DNA of 64,000 bases from Nitrosopumilales archaeon (GTDB lineage Archaea; Thermoproteota; Nitrososphaeria; Nitrososphaerales; Nitrosopumilaceae), in NCBI GenBank assembly GCA_007280465.1, contig QYPM01000002.1, positions 2,608 through 66,607 on the forward strand, given 5' to 3'. Position 1 is the first letter of the stretch, and each line of letters starts with the position of its first letter. The translations under genes were made by a program, and so were the position numbers. The notes below the pieces were generated by a model that was not told the origin of the DNA, searched no databases, and saw nothing but the letters and a program-made list of their open reading frames with translations. This document shows, in pieces, positions 26,922 through 35,604 of this stretch.

Positions 26922-27815
26922 ATGGTAGTAAACACAGTGGTATCATTTCCATTTGATGTAACAGAGGATAGGACAAGATTTCAAAGATCCGTAATAGATG
27001 GAGACTTGGGATATTATGATACCGTAGCAAGAAAATTCATACCACATGAAACTTTAGAGTCACTTCTTGAGAATATAATTCCTGAAAAAGAACATCTAGT
27101 CTCTGAAAATAATCCCAGAGTACAACAATCAGTCAATAGAATTAGAAGAAATTTGTCAATATATCAGAGAAATCCAAGTGATTCATACGCCCAGGTTTTT
27201 CTCAAATATTTATCCAATAGATATCTAAGTTCAATACGAGAACAAAAACTAGATGCAGCAATACTCTATGTTGATGTAGTAGGGTCTACAAAACTTTCCA
27301 CTCAGCTGTCTCCATCAGAACTATCATCGCTAATTCGAGTCTTTTCTCAAGAGATGTCAATCATAATCTCAAGACATGGAGGTTTTGTACTAAAATATGC
27401 AGGCGATGCAGTGATTGCGTATTTTCCATCATCAGATGAATTTGGAAATGCATCTGAGAATGCAGTAAGATGTGGCAATGTAATGGATATGATAATAGAA
27501 CAATCCCTCAACTTTGCTTTTCAAGACTTTGCCTTACCACCAATTCAAGTTAGGGTTTCAATTGATTTTGGCACTAATGAGATTATATTTTTGGGTCCAG
27601 AGCCAGATTTAATTGGTCACACTATAACAATTGCATCAAAAATGATTCGACTTGCAAAACCTGGGCATATTGTAATAGGAGAAAATGCGTATAAACAATT
27701 GACGGAATCACGTACATCTGTTTTCAGTCCTGCAGGTTCAGACATACATTGGGATTATTCCGATCCAAGAACAGGAAAGATATACCCCATATACTTTTCA
27801 GGAGATAGGAAATAG
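26922..27815 (+). CDS. class III adenylate/guanylate cyclase domain protein
   Basis: LYVDVVGST, LKYAGDAV, VRVSIDFG, DLIGHTITIASK. Confidence 0.88.
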   Translation: MVVNTVVSFPFDVTEDRTRFQRSVIDGDLGYYDTVARKFIPHETLESLLENIIPEKEHLVSENNPRVQQSVNRIRRNLSIYQRNPSDSYAQVFLKYLSNRYLSSIREQKLDAAILYVDVVGSTKLSTQLSPSELSSLIRVFSQEMSIIISRHGGFVLKYAGDAVIAYFPSSDEFGNASENAVRCGNVMDMIIEQSLNFAFQDFALPPIQVRVSIDFGTNEIIFLGPEPDLIGHTITIASKMIRLAKPGHIVIGENAYKQLTESRTSVFSPAGSDIHWDYSDPRTGKIYPIYFSGDRK

Positions 27816-27817
27816 CA

Positions 27818-29227
27818 ATGGAGCAACAAGCCATGAAATACGGTCTTTCAGACCTTGAGAGATTTGTAGAGATTGGAAATAGGTCCCTCTTGGTTAAGGG
27901 AAGGTCAGGCACTGGTAAAGAGACACTTTGTTTTGAGCTTGCAGGTAGCAAGGTAAAAGAGTACAACGTTATTTTCATTACAAGAAATCAAGCAGATAAA
28001 ATACTTTACAGACGATTCCCATGGATTACAGATTTTATCGCTCCTGCAAACATAGTTGAAATATCTCCAGAAGATGCAGTACTGACTGATCCTTCATTTG
28101 TCATATCTGCCATAGTAAATGCAATAGCAAATTCTTCGAAAAAAGTCAAAGATCCTTTCCTTGCTTTAGAGAATGTAAAAAAACCATTCATCATACTTGA
28201 TGTCTGGGATTCAGTTTCAAGAGAGATGAATGCATTAGATAGAATGCGGGCTGAGAAACTTTTGACGTCGCTTGCTGAAAAATATGATGGATTCATAATT
28301 TTCCTAAGCGAGCAGCAAGATACTGCGTCACTTGAATATCTTGTAGATGGAGTGATAGAGACATCGCAACGTTACTTTAAGACATATAGGATAAGAGAAG
28401 TAAGCCTTGAAAAATTAAAAGGTGTCCCCATCAAGAGACCAAAGATTCCATTTACTCTTCAAAATGGAAGATTCCAATCATTTTCAAATTTGCGTAGCAA
28501 CATGAAAAGCGCCTCTATGTTTTTTCCCTCTCCAGATTCAGATGCTAGATTTTCTACAGGTAGTAAGGATTTTGATCTAAAATTAAACGGAGGTTTTAGA
28601 AGAGGGTCTGTCATCGGTATTGAAATTGATAGTGATGTAGACCGTTTTGCTTTTGTACCACTGCTCTCACCTATCGCGCTAAACTTTATGGTCCAAAATA
28701 ATTCTGTTCTAATATCATCCTCATCAGACCAAGATGTTAGTGCAGTAGTGAATTACCTTACACCGTACACAAACAAGGAAGCATTAAAGAACTTTAGAAT
28801 ATTTGGACATACTTTTGGTACAAAATCAGATTATATAATAGAAAGAGAGGGTGTTGATTTCGAGTCAACAAACACAGAATGGAACAGAACATACAGCAAT
28901 CTAAAAGAAAATGGGAAACCACTCTTAATGTCAGCAGATTATAGTTTCTTAGAGCTAGCCTACCAGTCCGAAGAAAAATTAATCTTAAAATCCCTAATTG
29001 ATAATTCCCGCATGGTAAGACATAACAAGGATCTCTTTTTGATAATTTCAAGACCAGGATACAAGTCATTAGAGATCATGAAAAGCGTATGCGACTTGCA
29101 CTTGAGATTGTTTGATCATGAAGGGACAGTTTTTCTATCAGCATTAAAACCACAGTTATTCTTGTGTAACATGCAATCAAGTTTTGAAAATGGATACCCC
29201 CAGTTAGTTCTAGAAGATTCAGTATGA
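27818..29227 (+). CDS. GvpD/KaiC-like (RAD55) tandem RecA-fold ATPase
   Basis: Walker A GRSGTGKET, Walker B ILDVWD, LEYLVDGVI, EKLKG; second degenerate domain FSTGSKDFDLKLNGG. Confidence 0.85.
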   Translation: MEQQAMKYGLSDLERFVEIGNRSLLVKGRSGTGKETLCFELAGSKVKEYNVIFITRNQADKILYRRFPWITDFIAPANIVEISPEDAVLTDPSFVISAIVNAIANSSKKVKDPFLALENVKKPFIILDVWDSVSREMNALDRMRAEKLLTSLAEKYDGFIIFLSEQQDTASLEYLVDGVIETSQRYFKTYRIREVSLEKLKGVPIKRPKIPFTLQNGRFQSFSNLRSNMKSASMFFPSPDSDARFSTGSKDFDLKLNGGFRRGSVIGIEIDSDVDRFAFVPLLSPIALNFMVQNNSVLISSSSDQDVSAVVNYLTPYTNKEALKNFRIFGHTFGTKSDYIIEREGVDFESTNTEWNRTYSNLKENGKPLLMSADYSFLELAYQSEEKLILKSLIDNSRMVRHNKDLFLIISRPGYKSLEIMKSVCDLHLRLFDHEGTVFLSALKPQLFLCNMQSSFENGYPQLVLEDSV

Positions 29228-29259
29228 TAGAATTTGCATAAATTAACACCATAATCATA

Positions 29260-29275
29260 TTTTCAAGATAGATAA
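29260..29275 (+). promoter_or_regulatory. island palindrome TTTTCA-AGAT-AGATAA
   Basis: Ends 42 bp before ATG 29317; degenerate. Confidence 0.55.
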
Positions 29276-29316
29276 TTGACATTTTACTTTAATACATCTT
29301 GTATCAATGCTACCTT

Positions 29317-29793
29317 ATGATTAAAATTCCAGCCAAAGTCCAAGAAATGCTCAAAGGTCAAAAAGTCATTGTAGTAGGCTCTGTCGATGTTAATGGTCTT
29401 GCAAATTTATCTCCAAGAACCTCGTTTTATTTTACAGATACTGCAGTATACTGGTTAGACTTTTTCAAGCACAAGTCGCAGGGAAACTTCAAGAGTATTC
29501 CATGGGTCAGCGTAGGAGTATTTGATAAAAAAGAGCTCAAAGGGTATCAAATCAAGGGTAAAGTCACATTTGTTACAGATACCAAAGAAAAAGCAAGAAT
29601 TACAGATGTCATTACAAGGTCTGCAACTGGAAAAACATCAAGTAAAATATTTGAAAGAATGAGTCAAAATAAGACTCCAGATGTAATCATGTTTACCCCA
29701 AAGGCAGTATACTCACTTAGTCCAAAAGAAGAGTCTGGCATAGCCATGGTAATGGACAAAGACGGAGAGACAATCTCTCTTCTAGGAAGATAG
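29317..29793 (+). CDS. pyridoxamine 5'-phosphate oxidase-like FMN-binding protein
   Basis: VGSVDVNGLANLSPR...KSQGNF...GYQIKG; ATG 29317 proposed. Confidence 0.85.
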   Translation: MIKIPAKVQEMLKGQKVIVVGSVDVNGLANLSPRTSFYFTDTAVYWLDFFKHKSQGNFKSIPWVSVGVFDKKELKGYQIKGKVTFVTDTKEKARITDVITRSATGKTSSKIFERMSQNKTPDVIMFTPKAVYSLSPKEESGIAMVMDKDGETISLLGR

Positions 29794-31179
29794 TTTCTTT
29801 CTTAGAATATCAAGTGTAGTTGTAGGGTCAGCTTTTCCCTTTGTCTTTCTCATAACTTTGCCCACGAGATAGTTGATAGTATCAGGATTCTGTCTTGCTT
29901 CAGCAACTGCTTTTTCTTCTTCTTGAAATACCTCATCAATTATCTTTTCAATCGAGCCTGCGTCACTTACATGTCCCAAGTCAAGGCTGCATATAACATC
30001 TGAAAGTGATTTTCCAGTTTTCACCATTTCTTGTAATGCTTGCTTACCTGAATTTCTTGTCAGAGTATCATTCATTATAGAATCAGCAAGATCAGATATA
30101 TGCTGTGCAGTAATTTTTAATTCAAGTTTCTTTTCTCGCGTATCTGCATAACTTAACAAATCTGTTGTTATAATATTAGCAACTTCTTTTGCATTTTTTT
30201 CGTTATATGATTTTTCAAATAAATCTGAATAGAATCTGTCAGAAGATAAAACATCTGCCACTTGGGCTGGAATTCCATATTTTTTGATATATCGTTCTCT
30301 TTTTGCAACAATGCTTTCAGGCATTTGTTTTTTTATGTTTTCAATTGATTCATTTCTAATCAAAACTATTGGAATGTCTGCTTCAGGGAGATATCGATAA
30401 TCTTGTTCTTCCTCTTTTGATCTGGATGATACGGTAATTCTTCTTGCATCATCCCAATGTCTTGTCTCTGCAACAACTGGAATCCCTCTTTCAAGAAGGC
30501 TTTGTTGTCTTGTTATCTCAAAATGAAGTGCTTTTTCTATATCCCTAAACGAGCCTACATTTTTTATCTCAACTCTATTTCCATCCCCTTCAGAAATATT
30601 TCCATCAACTCTCATTGCACCCTCAAGATATGGGTCAGATATGCCAACATTTTCAACCAAATCTGCTAACACATTTAGAAATATACGAACCTGTTTTGGA
30701 GTTTCAAAGTCTGGCTCTGTTACAATTTCAACAAGAGGAGTCCCCGCTCTGTTATAATCAACCAGGGTTAGCATGGATTTACCCTCATAGACTAGCCTTC
30801 CAGGGTCTTCTTCAAGTTGGATTCTTCGAATTCTAATCTCCTTTCCTTCAATTGTAATTTTTCCATCTGAGCCTATACTTGTTGGACCATATGCATTGTA
30901 CTGGGTAATTTGGAAATTTTTGGGCAAGTCAGGATAAAAGTAATTTTTCCTAAAAAAGCCAATTTTTTCTGGAATGGCACATCCAAGTGCGAGTGATATC
31001 ATTGCAGCCTTTTCAACTGCCTTTTTGTTCAACATTGGAAGTGAGCCAGGAAGACCTGCACAAACTGGACAGATATTAGAGTTTGATGCAAGGTTTCTAT
31101 ATTCTGCCTTGCATGAACAAAACAGTTTACTTTCAAGCTTTGTAAGCTGACAGTGAATTTCTAATCCTATTCTTGTCAT
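29782..31179 (-). CDS. gatB: Asp/Glu-tRNA amidotransferase subunit B
   Basis: IGLEIHCQL, RKNYFYPDLPK, DYNRAGTPLVEIVTEP. Confidence 0.98.
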   Translation of the reverse strand: MTRIGLEIHCQLTKLESKLFCSCKAEYRNLASNSNICPVCAGLPGSLPMLNKKAVEKAAMISLALGCAIPEKIGFFRKNYFYPDLPKNFQITQYNAYGPTSIGSDGKITIEGKEIRIRRIQLEEDPGRLVYEGKSMLTLVDYNRAGTPLVEIVTEPDFETPKQVRIFLNVLADLVENVGISDPYLEGAMRVDGNISEGDGNRVEIKNVGSFRDIEKALHFEITRQQSLLERGIPVVAETRHWDDARRITVSSRSKEEEQDYRYLPEADIPIVLIRNESIENIKKQMPESIVAKRERYIKKYGIPAQVADVLSSDRFYSDLFEKSYNEKNAKEVANIITTDLLSYADTREKKLELKITAQHISDLADSIMNDTLTRNSGKQALQEMVKTGKSLSDVICSLDLGHVSDAGSIEKIIDEVFQEEEKAVAEARQNPDTINYLVGKVMRKTKGKADPTTTLDILRKKLSS

Positions 31180-32627
31180 AGAGGTACCTCTGGAAGATTT
31201 GTAGTCTCTTGTAACGCATATGCAGCTTGGAGTAATTTTTTCTCTTCAAAGGAATTTGCAAATAGCTGTACACCGATTGGCAATCCAGAACTTGATATCT
31301 CAAATGGAACAGATATTGCAGGAATTCCAGAAAGATTTGCAGTTATTGTGTTGATATCAGTAAGATACATCTTAAGCGGATCATCAATTTTTTCTCCCAC
31401 CTTATATGGCAAGATGGGCATTGTTGGAGATACCAAAAAATCTACTTTCTTAAACGCCTCATCAAGCTGAGCCTTTATCATTGCCCGAACTTTTTGAGCC
31501 TTGAGATAATATTTTCCATAATATCCTGCAGATAAAACATATGCACCAAGTAACATTCTTCTTACTACTTCAGGTCCAAAATTACTTCGAGCCTTTAAGA
31601 TAAACGCCTTGAACTCGTATCCTTCTGTTCCAAAGTCAAATCCATATCGTAGGTTGTCGTATCTTGAAAGATTACTACTTGCTTCCGCAGATGCTATTGT
31701 ATAATATGCTGCAACAGAGTGTTCCACAGCATCAAGAGAAATTGGAACGCATTCCGCCCCCAGGTCTTGTAGTTTTGAAATTGCCCTGTTTGTTGCAGAT
31801 GCAACTTCCTTGTCTATTCCTTCCCCAATCATCTGAGTAATGATTCCAATCTTTTTTCCAGAGATTCCCAAAGTGATATCTTTGGTATAATCAACATGCT
31901 CATTTTTTACTGTAGTATCATCATGCGAATCATACCCTGAGATAATATTTAGTAAAAACGCCACATCTTCTACAGTCCTTGCCATAGGACCCACTTGCTC
32001 TATACTGTTAGCATATGAGACAAGACCATATCTGCTAACTAGCCCATAAGTTGGCTTTAGGCCAACAACTGAGCAAAAACTTGCAGGACTTCGAACAGAA
32101 CCGCCTGTGTCAGAGCCTAATGATGCAAGACATTCTTGTGCACTAACTGAGACACCGCTGCCTCCAGATGAACCACCTGGAACATAATCAACATTCCAGG
32201 GATTTCTACTAGGACCAAAATAACTAAATTCGGTTGTAGAGCCCATTGCAAATTCATCAAGATTTACTTTACCAACAATTATTGCATCTTCAGATTTTAG
32301 TCGTGAGACAACCGTTGCATCATATGGCGCAACAAAATTCTCAAGCATTTTAGATGCGCATGTTGTTTTAATTCCGGCAGTACAAATGTTATCTTTGATA
32401 GATATAGGCATTCCAAAACATGTACCAACTTTATCTTTTGATTTTATTTTCTTATCAATCTCTTTTGCCTTGGCAAGTGCGTTTTGATAATCTACAGTAA
32501 TGAAAGCATGAATTTTATCTTCAACTAGCTTTATTCTATCCAGTGTTTTTGCAACAAACTCTTCTACTGATATGGTACCTGCCTTTGCCTGCGATACAAA
32601 CTCAGTGGCGGAAATTCCAAGATTCAT
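31176..32627 (-). CDS. gatA: amidotransferase subunit A
   Basis: Amidase signature GGSSGGS, GSDTGGSVRSPA. Confidence 0.98.
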   Translation of the reverse strand: MNLGISATEFVSQAKAGTISVEEFVAKTLDRIKLVEDKIHAFITVDYQNALAKAKEIDKKIKSKDKVGTCFGMPISIKDNICTAGIKTTCASKMLENFVAPYDATVVSRLKSEDAIIVGKVNLDEFAMGSTTEFSYFGPSRNPWNVDYVPGGSSGGSGVSVSAQECLASLGSDTGGSVRSPASFCSVVGLKPTYGLVSRYGLVSYANSIEQVGPMARTVEDVAFLLNIISGYDSHDDTTVKNEHVDYTKDITLGISGKKIGIITQMIGEGIDKEVASATNRAISKLQDLGAECVPISLDAVEHSVAAYYTIASAEASSNLSRYDNLRYGFDFGTEGYEFKAFILKARSNFGPEVVRRMLLGAYVLSAGYYGKYYLKAQKVRAMIKAQLDEAFKKVDFLVSPTMPILPYKVGEKIDDPLKMYLTDINTITANLSGIPAISVPFEISSSGLPIGVQLFANSFEEKKLLQAAYALQETTNLPEVPL

Positions 32628-32894
32628 TTAAACCATTTTTGGCGCACGGATGAAGTTGTTTTGGTCTTTTTTCAGGTGATCAATTAGCGATATGGTACAT
32701 GGTTCATGTTTGTCATCTCGAAGATTCTCTGCATCAACTTCATTTCTTAGAGTAGCATCAGAATTGAATTCAACGGCATCAAGTCTATCAAAATATTTTA
32801 TTATCTGCTCTACTTGTTTGATGTATTTTTCAGGTTCTCTGAGATCAACTTTGACCAAATCCCCAAGGTGCTCAATCTCTTTTCTATCTACCAT
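32628..32894 (-). CDS. gatC: amidotransferase subunit C
   Basis: Size, position, LRDD...FIRAPK. Confidence 0.9.
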   Translation of the reverse strand: MVDRKEIEHLGDLVKVDLREPEKYIKQVEQIIKYFDRLDAVEFNSDATLRNEVDAENLRDDKHEPCTISLIDHLKKDQNNFIRAPKMV

Positions 32895-32904
32895 GTCGTT
32901 TCAC

Positions 32905-34266
32905 TTACGGTGTAAGTCTATCGACATCACGTGGATAAAAGGTAGCATCTCTGATATTTTCAGTACCAGTGAGGGCCATCATCAGTCTTTCTAGACCAAT
33001 ACCGCATCCTGCGTGAGGAGGAACTCCATAATCAAATACCCGCAGGTGATAATCAAATGCATCCAATTTGAAGCCCTTGTTCTTCATCCTCTCTTCTAGT
33101 TCCAGTCTTTTTTCAATTCTTGTACTACCTGAGGACAATTCAAGGTCTCCAAACATCAAGTCAAATGATTCAGATGTTTTTTGATTATCACTTTTGGCTT
33201 TAACATAGAATGGTTTTGGGGCAAGAGGCCAATCTTTGATAAAGTAAAATCCACTAAGATTGATCTTTTTTAATTGTGATGGATACAAGTCATCGCCCCA
33301 TTTTGTTGTGGCGCCTGCATTTTGCATCTTTTCTACCAATTCAGTATAGGTATACTGGGGAATTTTTTCAGGAATATCTGGAACTTTGTAATCCGTAGTT
33401 TTTATCAAATCGCAATAGTCTTTGACTACACCAATTGATCTTTTGATAATATTTTCAGTGTGCAACATTATATCATTATAATCACAGAATGCTTCTTCAA
33501 GATCTATTGAGATTGCCTCTGAAAGATGTCTATTTGTTCTAGATGCTTCAGCTCTAAATATTGGTGCAATCTCAAATATCTTTTCAAATGATAATGTTAG
33601 TTGCTCCTTGTAAAGCTGAGGACTCTGTGCTAAAAATGCCTCCTTGTTATAATAAAATATTGGAAACAGGGCAGCACCACCTTCAGTTGCAGTTGCAATC
33701 ATCTTCGGAGTATTTACTTCGATGAATTCTTTTTCATACAGATATTCACGGATGGATTTTAAAACTAGACTCCGCATTTTGAAAATATGTTGTAAAATAT
33801 TTCTTCTAAGATCTATTGCTCGAAGTTCAAGTCTTGTGTCTATGTTTGGAACCACTTTGGTCTGCCATGTAAAAGGTGCAATCTTTTCGACTAGTGAAAA
33901 TACACGTAATTCACTTGGTGTTATCTCAACACCTCTTGGAGCCTTGGGAGATGGTTTTACAATTCCCTTGACTGCAATAGTAGATTGTTCTTTGAGATTT
34001 ACAAGACTATCTTTAATCTCGTCTGGACAGACACCTGCCTTTGCAGTAATCTGCATTTGACCTTCTTTGTCATTGAGTAGAACGAATACTAAATTTCCAT
34101 GATCTCTTACACTTGAGATCCAGCCCATTACGATTACTTCTTTTCCATCCAGGGAAGGATCAAGTTGACTAGAGTAAATGGTCCTACGCCAATCTCCAAG
34201 TTCTGTACCTATCATGTTTTCATCAAATGTCTTTTTGTTAGTGTTAATTTGTGTTTTCATGGTCAT
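32905..34266 (-). CDS. aspS: aspartyl-tRNA synthetase (archaeal, likely non-discriminating)
   Basis: OB fold, TEGGA, LAQSPQLYK, GIGLERL, YPRD; operon with gatCAB. Confidence 0.97.
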   Translation of the reverse strand: MTMKTQINTNKKTFDENMIGTELGDWRRTIYSSQLDPSLDGKEVIVMGWISSVRDHGNLVFVLLNDKEGQMQITAKAGVCPDEIKDSLVNLKEQSTIAVKGIVKPSPKAPRGVEITPSELRVFSLVEKIAPFTWQTKVVPNIDTRLELRAIDLRRNILQHIFKMRSLVLKSIREYLYEKEFIEVNTPKMIATATEGGAALFPIFYYNKEAFLAQSPQLYKEQLTLSFEKIFEIAPIFRAEASRTNRHLSEAISIDLEEAFCDYNDIMLHTENIIKRSIGVVKDYCDLIKTTDYKVPDIPEKIPQYTYTELVEKMQNAGATTKWGDDLYPSQLKKINLSGFYFIKDWPLAPKPFYVKAKSDNQKTSESFDLMFGDLELSSGSTRIEKRLELEERMKNKGFKLDAFDYHLRVFDYGVPPHAGCGIGLERLMMALTGTENIRDATFYPRDVDRLTP

Positions 34267-34306
34267 TTATCTATAGCATGAAATACGAGTTAGAATCATA
34301 CAATGC

Positions 34307-34477
34307 ATGGTTGGACCAAAAGATGGTGGATTTGGTTTTGACGGAGCTCCAAAATATACCAAACTAGAAGGCAAAAATGCAATATGTGTTCAATGCCAAG
34401 CAGGGCAACACAGCAAATGTCATGCCAGGGACAACCCAGACATACTTTGCGATTGTGAGCTGTGTCTAATTTCTTAA
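34307..34477 (+). CDS. Cys/His-rich microprotein (56 aa), not in ORF track
   Basis: MVGPKDGGFGFDGAPKYTKLEGKNAICVQCQAGQHSKCHARDNPDILCDCELCLIS. Confidence 0.65.
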   Translation: MVGPKDGGFGFDGAPKYTKLEGKNAICVQCQAGQHSKCHARDNPDILCDCELCLIS

Positions 34478-34544
34478 TTAATAAAATTCCAAATCAGACA
34501 TAAACGTACTTGATTAATTTTTGCCCAAAGATTACTTGGGCATA

Positions 34545-35426
34545 TTATCGAGTGGCAGTTACGTTGAACTTTATTGTTGCCTGAGTGCCGCTTATGCTTC
34601 CATCCTCAAGGTTCAATTTAAGAATCACATTTAGTTCGTCAGCCTTTGTTATCTTGTATAATCCGTTCCCCGTGGCATATCCACTTGCAACAGAGACATC
34701 ATTTGGTTTGACAGTTTTGATGATAGGAGGACAAGTCAGCCCATTATTTTGAGCAGGTTGATTTTGCACACTGGATGATGGGTAAATATCCCAATGCAAA
34801 GAAGGATCAGTTCCACACCCTACGAGATTTTGTTGAATCTCTTTATCTGAGATATTTTGGAATGTTACTGTAAATTTGGGTTTGTCTCCAACTTTTAATG
34901 GGTTAGGATACATTGCTATTGACAGTATTTTTAGATCAGGTTTTGTCATAGAGATTGTCTGATTTATTGGAAATGGATTTTGACTTGTAACATTAATTGT
35001 ACTTTGTTTCACTATGGGATTTGTTATAGTATTCACAGATGCTGGAGTGGGTGGCGGAGGTGTTTTATGTTCAAGTGATGCCAGCCTCTCACTAAGTGAT
35101 TTAAGTTCTGTATTCAGATGTTCAGTGTTCTGTTGAAGTCGGGTTATTGTAGCATTATTTTTTTCCACAATCTGTTTACTAATACTTAGTTCACTGGAAA
35201 GAGATTGAATTAATGCATCTTGTTCCGCTGTTTTGTTTTTTAGATCACTCATTTGCAAACGTTCACTTAGTCCAACGGTGAGATGCTGTATTGCAACATC
35301 GTGTTCTGAAGTCCTGAAATTTATATTTTTTATATCAGATTGCAATTTTGTATTACTTGCAACTTGCAATCCTAGACTAATTACAGCGATAACAACTGCT
35401 ATCAATACAATATGTTGCATTTTCAT
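34545..35426 (-). CDS. membrane-anchored coiled-coil protein with C-terminal Ig-like domain
   Basis: N-terminal TM, heptad region, Pro-rich linker, KPDLKILSIAMYPNP. Confidence 0.75.
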   Translation of the reverse strand: MKMQHIVLIAVVIAVISLGLQVASNTKLQSDIKNINFRTSEHDVAIQHLTVGLSERLQMSDLKNKTAEQDALIQSLSSELSISKQIVEKNNATITRLQQNTEHLNTELKSLSERLASLEHKTPPPPTPASVNTITNPIVKQSTINVTSQNPFPINQTISMTKPDLKILSIAMYPNPLKVGDKPKFTVTFQNISDKEIQQNLVGCGTDPSLHWDIYPSSSVQNQPAQNNGLTCPPIIKTVKPNDVSVASGYATGNGLYKITKADELNVILKLNLEDGSISGTQATIKFNVTATR

Positions 35427-35604
35427 TTCTTACAACCTTATTTTCAAGACTTTTTGCTATAAAGATCGTCTAGTGAAAAATGTGTTAACACTATCAAATT
35501 CATTTGATTAACTAACGGTACAAAAATCAACCGTGATGTAAAATGGTCATACGGCATAACAATCATAGATTGAACAAAAAATTGACAGTAATTCCACATT
35601 CCGT

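Noticed and set aside
27818-29227. Gas-vesicle cluster or circadian clock implied by the GvpD/KaiC-like ATPase
   Set aside because: No gvpA/structural genes or kaiA/kaiB in the window.
5017-29793. Island as an integrative mobile element
   Set aside because: No integrase, transposase or flanking att-like repeats seen, and no tRNA-Phe 3' duplication noticed.
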